This document shows positions 12,480 to 23,900 of a stretch of 64,000 bases of DNA, piece by piece. Origin of the DNA: Felis catus. Taxonomy: Eukaryota. The translations under genes and the position numbers were made by a program. Each line of letters begins with the position of its first letter. Position 1 is the stretch's first letter. The notes under the pieces are model-generated. The model made no database searches and was not told where the DNA came from. It saw nothing but the letters and a program-made list of their open reading frames with translations. The stretch is from positions 105,710,001 to 105,774,000 of the forward strand of contig NC_058375.1 in the NCBI RefSeq assembly GCF_018350175.1, given 5' to 3'.

Positions 12480-12820
12480 TTCTCTCTTTCCTTCTAGACT
12501 ACTACTCCCTCTATATCTTTTTCTCTATCCTGGGAGGCTATCCTGCATGCATTTCATCAGTGGGCTCCCTGCACTTTGGGTTCCACTTGGATTCCTGCTC
12601 TGGCAGGAGATCAGAGGGAGAGAAAAAACTTGGATCGGTATATGGATTGCCCAGGTTCCATTCATTGGGGTCCCCTGGGCCTAGCTGTACCCTTTGGTTA
12701 AAGGTCATCGCTCCTCTCAATGCAGTCTCTCCTGCCAGTTCCGAATAACCACTATCTCCCTTTATCCTTTCAGGCCCAAGGCTGTTACTACCCTCAGTTA
12801 CTGACCTATCCCTTGCCCTC
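12480..12820. mobile_element. Degenerate MaLR LTR (MLT1-like)
   Basis: Motif order GGGAGGCT...GGGCTCCCT...GGCAGGAGATCAGAGGG resembles MLT1 LTRs (recognised from memory, not searched). Confidence 0.45.
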
Positions 12821-12840
12821 ACTTTAAAATCAGTCCTTTC

Positions 12841-13057
12841 GGGGCGCGTGGGTGGCGCAGTCGGTTAAGCGTCCGACTTCAGCCAGGTCACGATCTCGCA
12901 GTCCGTGAGTTCGAGCCCCGCGTCGGGCTCTGGGCTGATGGCTCAGAGCCTGGAGCCTGTTTCCGATTCTGTGTCTCCCTGTCTCTCTGCCCCTCGCCTG
13001 TTCATGCTCTGTCTCTCTGTCCCAAAAATAAATAAACGTTGAAAAAAAAATAAAATA
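12841..13057 (+). mobile_element. Young SINEC-Fc type SINE
   Basis: Near-identical to the SINE at 344. TSD TTAAAATCAGTCCTTT at 12824-39 and 13058-73. Confidence 0.9.
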
Positions 13058-13599
13058 TTAAAATCAGTCCTTTGTTATTTTGAGTATGTTGTCTTATTTC
13101 CTGTTGGGACCTTAATATATGTGGTAGAGGTAGGCAACCTTGGATTCATAGGCTTCATATTTTATCCGTGAACTTCAGCCTAACTCATGGATATAACCTT
13201 AAATTCTTATGAGTTAACCGTTCTGAAGGGTCTGCTGGATTAAGTAGCAGAAAGTGACTCATACCTGTATGGTTCCCAAGTGTGGGGTAGTGCCATCAAG
13301 GAGATACAAATCTGAGAGACAATAATAGCTCAGGCCCCTGTGACTTAGTTCCCAAAGTACCCAAGATGTTGAACAGCTTTTCAAGCTCTGTGACTATAGA
13401 ACCTTCTGTGTTTCAGATCCCCAAAGTCTTACACAAGCTGATGCACTCTGCCCACTGGGGCCCTGGTTTCTCCATAACCTCCCAGGATGCCTCTGAGAAA
13501 TCAGCGTAGAAATCCCTCAGGGGGACAACTGTATCCTCTTGCTGGCACATACTGGTTTTTTTCTAAAGACAAAGTTTGAACTAGTATCCTAATTTTGTT

Positions 13600-14225
13600 T
13601 TTTTTTAATTCTAATTTTTTAGTGTTTATTTAGTTTTGAGAGATAGGGAGAAAGAATATGAGTGGGGGAGGGGCAGAGAGACAGGAAGACAGAGGATCCC
13701 AAGCGGCTCCTCACTGACAGCAGAGAGCCCCACTGGGGGCTCAAAGTCATGAACTGAACCATGAGATCATGGCCTGAGCCGAAGTGGGACACTTAGCTGA
13801 CTGGGCCACCCAGGTGCCCCCCTAATTTTATTTTTAAAAGTCTGTTTATGTATGTATGTATGTATGTATGTATGTATTTTTGAGAGAGAGAATCCCAAGC
13901 AGGCTCTACACTGCCAGTAGAACCTGATCCAGGGCTCGAACCCATGAACAGAGAGATCATGACCCGAGTCAGATGCTCAGGGCACCTGGGTGGCTCAGTT
14001 GGTTAAGCGTCCAACTTCGGCTCAGGTCATGATCTCATGGCTTGTGAGTTCAGGCGCTGTGATGGATTCTGTGCTGACAGCTCAGAGCCTGAAGCCTGTT
14101 TTGGATTCTGTTTCCATGTCTTTGCCCCTCCCCTGCTCACACACTGTCTCTCTCAAATATAAACTTTAAAAAAACTTAAAAAAAAGTCAGATGCTCAACA
14201 GACTGAGCCACCCAGGCATCCCAAA
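13600..14225. mobile_element. Cluster of nested Can-SINEs with (TATG)n
   Basis: Two antisense SINEs, with a + SINE (13980-14180) inside the second (TSD AGTCAGATGCTCA). Confidence 0.8.
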
Positions 14226-15559
14226 CTAATATCTTAGTTTAAAAAAAAAAAAAAAAGTGTATCAACATTAAGTATCCTTAAATTAAGAGGTCATGTTTAT
14301 CCCTCTGTTGTCAGTGTCAATAAGTTGTCTGAATTCATTCCCTTAGTTTATTCACTACTCTTTGCCAGGGTGAGGTATTTCATGAGTATTAACAAATTGC
14401 ATACTTGGTAGTAATCTATTTGGGGCTTTTCCCACAAAGCACTTAATTTAAACCTATGTATTTATATGGTGCTTTATTATAACCTCCCTGTTGCCATACA
14501 TCCTTTACAAAAGAAATTGAGGCTCAGAGAGGTTAATCGAATTGCCAAAGTCACACACAAAACTATTAAAGTGGCAGAGTCCAAGACTTTCGTTTTCAGT
14601 GCAACATAGTTGCTTTTGCTAGCCCTGAGAAGGTTCTGAGAATCCAGTTTAGTCCACTCTTTAGGCTAGAGAAGCCGTCATACTTTGTAAATGTTAATAA
14701 ATGAACACCCTTCATGATTAAAATGAAACAAGGACTTTAACCTGTAAATTGCTGCTGCCTGCACAGAGTCACAGGATTAACTTCTCTTGCACCTCCTTTT
14801 GAGTCTATATTTAAACTTGAGGAACATTTACCCCTTTCTTGTGACCACCTTCAGAGCAAGCACTGAAGTATTTTGAGCCTTGTCCCTCAGAACAGAAGGC
14901 TGAGAAAGGATGCAGCCCTAACATTTTTCTTTGTCCTGGCTTTAACACCTTGGTTTGAAGAGGATAGTGAAGTCGTGTTTGGAAAGATTCTCCGCTCCTC
15001 CCTTGCTCTCCTTCACCATCTAGGAAACTAGCAACGGTTTTCAAACATCTTGGTTTATGTAAGGCATCCAAAGAGGGTTAAACTAAGACCTAAAGGACCT
15101 CTCCAACCTGGGAGAACAAGCTCCAAGCAGAGGGTAGACTGCAGAGAGCAAATATGACAGAACAAGGTGTGAGGAAAGTTCAGAGGGTAATTTTCAAAAA
15201 ACATTGAGGGTAAAATCTATTAAGACTGTGAGGATATAAAGGGAAACCGATTGCTTAGAAGATCGCAAAGTTAGGACGCCTAAGCATGAGTTTGGAAGAA
15301 TCACCATCTCAAAAGGTACCGTGTTTTCTCCTTTGAAAGTATTTTTACATACATTATCATTACTTGAGCCTCTCAAACAACCCCATTTTTCAGATGAGGA
15401 AACTGAGGTTTGGGGCAAAGTTGTGACTTGTCAGGATTACAGATAGTCAAGGGAGGAACAAGAAACAATCTCCGTTCTTCACCAAATTGTTCTCAGCGGT
15501 TTCCCATCAAGGCCCTTCCACGGCAAACAGGGCAATGGACTGCCAAGGCTTCCTTAGCG

Positions 15560-17950
15560 GCAGGGCCTGGGCCGGCCTCCAGGCGGCGCCAGTGGGACGG
15601 CGGCCTAGGGCTCCAACTGGGCGGATACTCGGGCCACGCGCCGGCAAAACCCCGGACTTGTAAATCCGCAAAAGCAGCCACCGCCCCCGAGAGGCTTCAG
15701 GAGCCCTTAGACTCGAGGTAGTGGGCGGGACAGACGGTCCTGTCAGCCCCTCCCATTGGCCCGCGGGGTAACAGACAGGTATCTTCAGCCAGCCCCAGCT
15801 AGATGAACGACCGAACGGGCACCCGCTAGCTGAACCTCGTCGGCACACGGTGTGCAGCCGGAGACTCCTCCGCGAGAGGACGCTACGCATGCGTGCAAGG
15901 GAACAGACGCTCTGGATACTCCCTCCCGCTCTGCGAAGGGAAACTGCTCCTTAGGGAACTGCCAAGGGTAGCCCCTGCCTCCGACAGCACGGACTCCTTT
16001 GCTCTTCTGTGCAGCCTCCCGGTCATGCGACCCAGACTCCAAATTCTTTAGGGCAAGATTTCCTGTTGTGAAACGTAAATCACTTGCGCTGCAGCTTCAT
16101 TTTATTTCTCAAAAAGTACCCTCCCCCACCCCATGGAACAAGCTAGGGAAACGTCCTCGATCCAGGAACGTGCTCCGGTGCACTCCCCACCCCACCTAAG
16201 CTCGGCCGTGGGTCTCCTGGGCCCCGGCTCATCGCCACACACCATTTCTTTGCTTGCCTCCTTCAGGAAACCTTTCCTGATTAACCCCGGTGGGACCGCA
16301 GCCATCCCAATTACTCGGAAGAGTGCGAGACCAAGATAAAGGCAGAGATTCGGGGGCAGAGGCGCCTAGCGAGCGGACCCGTTCCCGCCCCGCCCCCTCC
16401 GCTAGGAAAGTCAGGCACGACTCGGGGACAAAAAGCTGTATTGGGAAGCGGAGGCTCCTACACAGTAGGAGGAGGCACGTCCCGGGAGGCCCGAGGACTC
16501 CGTACACAGCGCGCGCGCGGCCCCAGCCCCGTCGGTCCGTCCATCCGTCCTGCGGCCCGCCCGCGGCTCAGTCTATGGAGGAAGCCCGAAGGGGCGAGTT
16601 AAGGCAGCTTGGCTGAGGGAGGGGGAAGTAGGAGTGCGCCAGTTCCCCCCGAAAAGCTGGCTCACTGAGGGGGCGAGCTTCTCACCTCCCACTCCTCTCT
16701 CGAGGACAGGGGGAAATACAGTCAATAAATAAACCCGAGGCGGGCTGAGACCCCAGGAGACTCTCAGAGTCCAGAAAGGCTGGAGGTGTGGAACGCGGAG
16801 AGAGGGAGGGGTTCTGTCCTTGGAGACGCGTCCATGCTCTTGGCCTTGGAAGGCGCGGGCCTCAGGGGCCCAACTGGAGGACGCAGCGCAGCTCCCTTTA
16901 AAAGTGAAAATGGCTGCCGTTGGGGATGGCCGGCGGGGGGGAGGGCGCGACGAGGGGCGACTTCGGGGGCAGCTGCGGCTTCTCGACGTCCACCCTCTTT
17001 AGGGCGCGGCCCCGATAGCCCTCCGGCCGGCCCAGGTACAGAAGATGTCTCCCGGGCCCCCCACAGTACCTGGAGGGGCCCCCCGAGGGGACCCGAGTGA
17101 GCAGGGCCGGGGGGGCACGATGCGTGGGGAAGGGCGTTCTGCGGCCGCCCCCGACCCCTAGCCGGGGAGCGGGGGCGGAGAGGGCGGGCCGCGTGGAGGG
17201 GGCCGCGCACTTGCCCTCGGGGGGCACGTCCAGCCTCAACGGCGGGCCACACTCCCGGGGCAGGAGGCTGGGGCCCGCGAACAGGGTGGGGGTGGGGCTG
17301 GGTTCCGGCGGGAGCGCCCGCGAGGTAAACGCTGCCGCGGCCAGGGGCTCGGCCCCCTTCCTGGGTGGCTGCGGACCGTGCAAGTAGCGCAGCAGTTCTT
17401 CCAGGGTGGTGACCTCCACCGCCTGCCCGGGACAGCCGGGCGGCGGCGGCCTCACCAGCACGCGGGGCGCGGGGCCGCCCGCCGCGTTCCCGCCCCGTGC
17501 GCGGCCCTGGCCCTCCTTGGCATTGTTCCCGTTCTGGTTCCACTCCCAGGGGCCCCCGGCGTGGCGGAGGTGCTTGGCCGGCAGCTCGGGCGTGGACTCC
17601 GGCGTGGGCAGGCAGGCCAGCTCCGGCGGGGCCACGCCCTCGGGGGGAGGCAGGAAGGTGGTGTAGAGCTGGGGCGGCTGCGCCCCGTCTCCGTCCTTGG
17701 ACTGCGGTGGCTCCGGGCCCGCACCGTGCAGCCGGGCCAAGCTGCGAAGGGAGAGAGGGCGCGGGAGCCCCGGAGTCTCGACGTCCTTGCTCCGACGTCG
17801 GTGGGCTCGGCGGCACGCGCAGGAGACCAGGAGGCCAGAGACCGAGGCGCCCAGAGCGAAGGCTGCGGCAGCACAGGCCAGGAGGAGTGGGATGGGGACG
17901 GAGAGGGAGGCTGAGGCTGGGGGGAGGTCCCGGCGCACGCCTGCTGACCG
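15560..17950. other. CpG island over the SEMA6C last exon, 3'UTR and downstream flank
   Basis: Very high GC and CpG density visible in the sequence. Confidence 0.8.
16101..16106 (-). terminator. SEMA6C poly(A) signal
   Basis: TTTATT on + (AATAAA on -), about 790 nt downstream of the SEMA6C stop. Confidence 0.65.
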
Positions 17951-20900
17951 AGAGGGAGGAGGGAGGCTCAGCCGAGGTAGGGGGGTGTGGGAGGGCGCTG
18001 CACCTCGCTCCCGCTGCTGCTCACCTCCTCCGCTCCAGCACAGCCTGACCCTCCTCAGAATGACCTCCCCTGACCCCTCAACGCACAGCCCATCACACCA
18101 GCCCTCACACACAGGCTAGAGCTTGGGCCTTGGGGAGTCCCCAACCCAGCTCTGGCCCCTGGAGCCATGCCAAGAGCAGGTGCCAAACTCTGCCAGTGCA
18201 GAAGGAGGTGGGTAGGAGATGCCCAGCTCTGGGGAGAGGGGGCACCAGACAGGCATTAGTGAGCATCAAACGTGTCAGTGAGGGGCTTGGAGTTCTTCAA
18301 GAATCAGCAGCCCCACACTTCACTCCTGTCCCTCCCAACCAGCCCCCTTACCCTGAGTGTGAGCTCCAATAGTGGAAGACTGGGGCCGGGAGTGGGCATC
18401 ACTGAGGGGGCTGGGGGTCTCAGGGGAAGGGCCAGGACCCAGAAGCACTGGTGACAGAGACCAGGTCAGAGCCAGTGAGGCTCCTGTTTTCCACCTCTGA
18501 CACCCATTCAGAGGGTCCTCCCCACCCCCACCCACCCCCTTTGGAACCCCGAAGTCCAGAACTCCAGCCTCTCCTTTCTTCTGGGCATGGGGAAGGGCTC
18601 ACCATGCAGGCATTCTTTCATGTAGTTTTTTCAAAGACTATTTATTTAAGCACCCTACTGTATGCCAAGCACTGAGCTATATGCCAGGTGTGTGGAGGAT
18701 GCTAACCCTTGAGACTCTCTCAGTGGGTCCGGGGTGCTGTTCTGCTGCTGCCAGGGAGCACAGACTCAGGTGAGTGTGGGCCGGGCAAGGGGGGATGAAG
18801 TTGGAATAGCCAGACTCACCATAAGCAGAATCCCCTGTACCAGACTGACTCCCAGTAGCTCCATCTATGAAGAAGGAAGACGGAGGGTGAAGACAGGGGC
18901 AGGGGAAGCTTCTAGAAGAACTGAAAGGGGTGACTGTGCTACAGAAGGACAGAAACCCACACCCGGGATGGTCTCTGAGGGCCTTCAGAGCCATGTGCAG
19001 CTGTGGCTACAGCCACCCCTGTCCCGGCCATTTACCTTGGCAGTCACTGTGCTCCGTGGATTCCTGGTTCCCAGCCGGATCCACATCAGTCCTAGAAGGA
19101 AATGAGGTGGATGGGGGTGTCTCAGTGCAGTTATCCATCTTGCCCCCCAGCCCCTGCCCCGGCCCTCAGCTCCCTCTCCTTGTAGTGGGGAGCTTTCTCC
19201 TCAGGAGGTCCAGGGGCCCCTCACTTACCCACCGGGTCCCCTGATATCCACACAGCCTCTGGAGCTGTGCCATCCACAGTATGGGTCCTGAGAAGCCAGA
19301 CAGCTCCTGGGGGAGACGGAGACATCTGAGGCTCTCCCCTCTAATCACAGCCCATGCCCCAGCCCCAGATCCCATCCTGCCTACCCTGATTCCTCTTCTA
19401 GTCCCTGGTTGCTGCATACCTACAGAATGCTCCAGGCAACCCTCCCTCCTGACCCTCCCCTGCATTTCTCTGCCACCCCCCATGCCTGTGTCCCCATGCT
19501 CCTTCCGGCTCAAGGAACCTCCCCAGGCAGGCCTGCCCTCAGCCTCTTCTCACCTCTGACAGGCCCCGTGCCGGGCACACCGACTGAGAGGGAGGTAGAT
19601 GATGCAGCCAGAAAAAGCCACAAAGAGCCTGTGACCTTCAGTGTCCAGCTCCAGCCCTATGACCCGCCGTGCCGTTTGGGCCGCCCGCTTCCCACTGCAC
19701 CTAGGATGGAGCCAGAAGGAATCAGAGATGGCGCAGTTGAGGCTCCTGTCTCCAGGGGCGGGGGGGGGGGGGGGGTTAAAGAACAGAAGGTGGGGAGGTG
19801 CACAAGCCCTGAACACAACTCATAGGACTGCCCCACCAAACCACCCAGCTTCTTGCCAAATCCCTATATCCTATAGCTTCTGGGGAGTTCCCACCCTATC
19901 CCCCCACATCTCCATCCACCACCTCACTTCCCATTCCTGCTCTGCAAGGGGGCGGGGGTGGGGGTGGGAGGGACTGCCAGACGAAGGCCTCACCTGGCAG
20001 GGCTGTAGGCATTGATTTCTTCCAACAGGATGGGCTCAGGGCCCCCTGATGGCCCCCCTGGGGGCAGTACCTTCAGCACTGTCCCATCTTCGGAGCCCAG
20101 GAACAGGACTGTGGTGTTACCGTAGGGACCAGCCCTACCATCCACGGCTAACTGGGTCAGTAGAGCCCTGGAGGGATAGTCCTTGGGTCAGGGCAAGCTG
20201 ACTAGTGGAAGATGGCCCATGTATCCTGGTGCCCACTTCCGGGTGCTTCCTCCCGCCCAGACTTTCTTCTTCTCGCTCTCCCTTCCACTTTCATGGGTTC
20301 TTCTTCCCACCAATATGATTTAGCTTGTGAGGTCGGAGATAGAGAGTGGCGGGGGCGGGGGTGGGGGGGAGTTGGGCAGTAGCTGTCATTTGTTTAACCA
20401 CATACCTGCTGGTGAGGGTGAGCAGAGGCTGATGGGTAGCAGGTGGCACGGCTGGGTCCAGCAGTGGGTGAGCCTTGATAAAGGTCAGGACGTCATCAGG
20501 GAGATCTCTGGAAGAGGGGAACAAGGCAGCCACACCTACCCCTGCACAGGATCCTGGCCTGGTAGGCACATGGAAAGGAGCCATGTTAGGACGGGGACCC
20601 AGGGTTTAGTTAAGTACCCCACCCCCCCAGCTGCTCCCAAACATGATTGGTAACCTTTGCTCTACCCCTTCACACAGACATTCAACTACTGCCTTCCTTT
20701 TCTCCACAGCTCTCCAGTCCCATGCCAACCCACTGAGCCCCCTCCCCCTAATCCCATAGACCCTCTCTTCATAATCCCATGTGGGAACACACTGCTTGCT
20801 TCTGCCCCCACAAAAGCCACCCCCATCCTGGGTACCTGGGGGAGGGAACCCTGTCTTCAGATACGGGTGTCCAGGCCCCATCCAGACTCCTCTGCTCCTT

Positions 20901-23900
20901 GAACTTGCCCTCAAACGCATGCTCGATATCATCCAGGTAGAAGGCACAGACCGCAGAGCCAGGGATGCTGAAGGAGCCAGAAAAGGATGTGGGCTGGGGG
21001 TTGGGAGGGATAGCACAGCCCCTCCCAGGTGAGACACGGCAGCTGCCCTTATGCACCATATTAGGACGTGGAGCCTGAGAGGGTGAGACAGTCTCTGGGG
21101 GCCATGCTGGGAGAAAAAAAAATGAACAGAATAGTAAACTGGCCTTGAATGGAGTCTCCCCTCATTATAAGGCATCAGCAGGCTGTGGGAGGGGGGCTCA
21201 GACGCTGATGGGACAAGGGACAGATTGGGCCATGTCGGTTAGTCTACTACTAACCTATTGGTCTGCGTGGTGAAGACCCCAAAGAGAGCAGAGCGGCCAT
21301 ACAAGTTCACAGGCCCAGTTAAGGCCTGTAAGACGTCAAAATAGAAGGTAGAATCTCCAGGAACAGAGCAGTTGAGCCGCAGCTTCAGGAAGGATGTCCA
21401 GTGGCGGTCCAAGGCCCGAGGTGAGCCGCCCATGTCACGTTTACATACTCGGGCCACCCTGGAGAACTGCACCTGGGTGGGGGGGGGAGAGCCAGGACTA
21501 GGAGAACAGGGAGGGCCCCAGGGCCAGTGGCGGGGACACGAATCTGGAGTGTTGGAGGACCGAGAGACCAATGTCAGGGGCACAGCAAAGGAAGGGTATA
21601 GCGTGGTAGATCGGTTGGGGTCAAGGATGAGGGACACAGCAGGATGTGGGGGCAGAGGGCTGGGGGCTACTCCAAGTTGGGGCTCAGAGTCCAAGGGACT
21701 ATATGGTGGAGATTAGGGCCAGGAGCTCTTCACTGACTCTTGACTGGCTCCTCAGGATCCAGCAGAACTCTCTAGCTACACACCCCTGGTGCCCACCTCC
21801 TTACCCTTCCCAGCCGAGCATCCTCCACAGAGACCTCTCGGAAGAAGAAGTAGACATGGTCTCCGTGCTCCAAGGCGTGGACAAAGTGTGGCTCTGAGGG
21901 GGCGGAGACAGGAAACAGCATGCTCAGAGACTCCAGGCCCCACACAGCCTTCTGCCTTTCACACAGGCACAGTACCAGTACCACCACCCTCTGCCTGCTC
22001 CCTGCACCTCCCCCTGTCCTCCCCCTGCACCTCCTCCCCAAGAGCAGCCTCCCTCCCCCAGGCCCGCCCTGACCTCTGAGCCACTTGGAGTCGTACTTGG
22101 CCGAGCGGAGTGGGGGCTGAGGCCCAAGGCTTCTGTAAACCACAGCATCACTGGCCTGGAAATCCGCAGCTGTGGCTGAGTATAGGCTGCCCTCTGGAGG
22201 GGCGGGTAGGGGGGAGTCAGGGGAGGGCCCAGGGATCTGGCGCTTCTTGGGCCTCCTACACCCCTACCTCACTCACCCTGGCCCTGCCCCCTACCTCAAC
22301 CTTCCACTCAGGAGCATAGTGAGAGACCAAATTGGGAGAAGGGCTGAGGTGGTAGCCCCCTCTGGCCACAGGCCCGCTTCTCACGTGCCCAGGTGCACAC
22401 CTGCAAAGATGGCCACGTTGGACTGGGTGGCATCAAAGGGGCATCGAGCCTGCCCACTCAGCTCTTCACCCTCCTGCTGCAGCGAAGTTATCTGGAGGGA
22501 GAGGGAACAGATTCTTGGAACCATCAGGGTCTCGGAGTCTGGCTCCATCACCCACCTCCCCGCGTCCCCTTGCCTCTCTCCCCAACCCCTTCAGGACCCT
22601 TGCATTCTGGACACTCCGGTTGCCCACCTTGGGTTCTCTTCCCACTCCCATCATGACCCCTTCCCTGCCCCACACCCCCTCCCTCTGCCTTTGTACCCCA
22701 TAGCTGCGGCACACGGGGCTGAATGAGTTCGTTCCACAGGCAAGGAGTGTCTGGGAGTCCCAGGGAACAAGAACACGAATATAGTTGTGGCACTCGTCCT
22801 AGAGAAGCCAAAATTCAAGGTCAGCAACAGGGCTCCCTAGGACTGGGACAGGGGGCCACAGGAAGTAAGGCCACCTCCCCTGAGACGGTCAGAGCAATGT
22901 GGGGTAAAGTCCCAGCCAAGCTATTTGCTACCCTGCAACCTCAGACAGATTCTTTGGCCTGCTAGAGCCTAGCTCTTCTGTGAAGGAAGGCAAAAACTAT
23001 TCATCCCCTTTCCTGCATCCCCCCCACCCCACCCCAGATGCAAGTAGGCGGGAAAACTGGGCACAGCAGAGGACCACTGTGGTCCTGGACAGAGCCTGGA
23101 GAGGTGGGAAACTCTCCCCTCAAAATTGTCACCCCGCTCCTCACACTCCTCACCGTCAGCTTTCCCCGCACAACACAGTTCTCCATGTCTTGGCTCCGCC
23201 ATGTTAGATACTGAAGGGAGAGACAGAAGGGAGGGAACATCATGGGGCAAGCTGGATGCCCCCTCACATGACGGCTCCTTTTGGATTCTTTTTCCCACCC
23301 GCTGGACCCCCAGCAGACCTTTCCAGGCCTCATCTCCATGCCTGCACCTCCTGCCACATGCCTCTTACCTTGTTGGGAACCAGCCCCTCCCCTGCCTCCT
23401 GGGCTTGAAGATCGAAGGAGAAAACGTGATCCCTGCAGGGAGAGGTAAGGAGGGATCAGAGCCAAACGAAGGCACCCCACCTGAGCTCCTTACTGCCACC
23501 CTGCTCAGGCTCAGTGGTCAGAGACAAACATCGCAGACCTCCTGCTATCCCCCCCTTACTCCATGCCTCGGCATTTGCGCTCTGGGTCCAAGCATGTCCA
23601 CGTCCCATGGCTTGTACACCTGCATGTGTCCCCTGCAAGGTGCTGCAGTGGCCATGCAGGTCCCATGTCTGCCCAGGAGCATGCATGTCGGCCNNNNNNN
23701 NNNNNNNNNNNNNNNNNNNNNNNNNNNNNNNNNNNNNNNNNNNNNNNNNNNNNNNNNNNNNNNNNNNNNNNNNNNNNNNNNNNNNNNNNNNNNNNNNNNN
23801 NNNNNNNNNNNNNNNNNNNNNNNNNGGGAAGTCCCTAGAAGACACAGAGAGGTGGGTGCTGAGGCTGAGCCAGGACACCATGCACTCCCCCAATACCCTT

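Noticed and set aside
16764-17816. 350-aa alternate-frame ORF (and antisense ORFs) overlapping the SEMA6C last exon
   Set aside because: Extreme GC content depletes stop codons. The product is low-complexity Pro/Ala/Gly/Arg with no recognisable domain.
17941-18112. N-terminal part of the 404-aa ORF (16898-18112)
   Set aside because: Intronic read-through upstream of the real acceptor at 17941-43.
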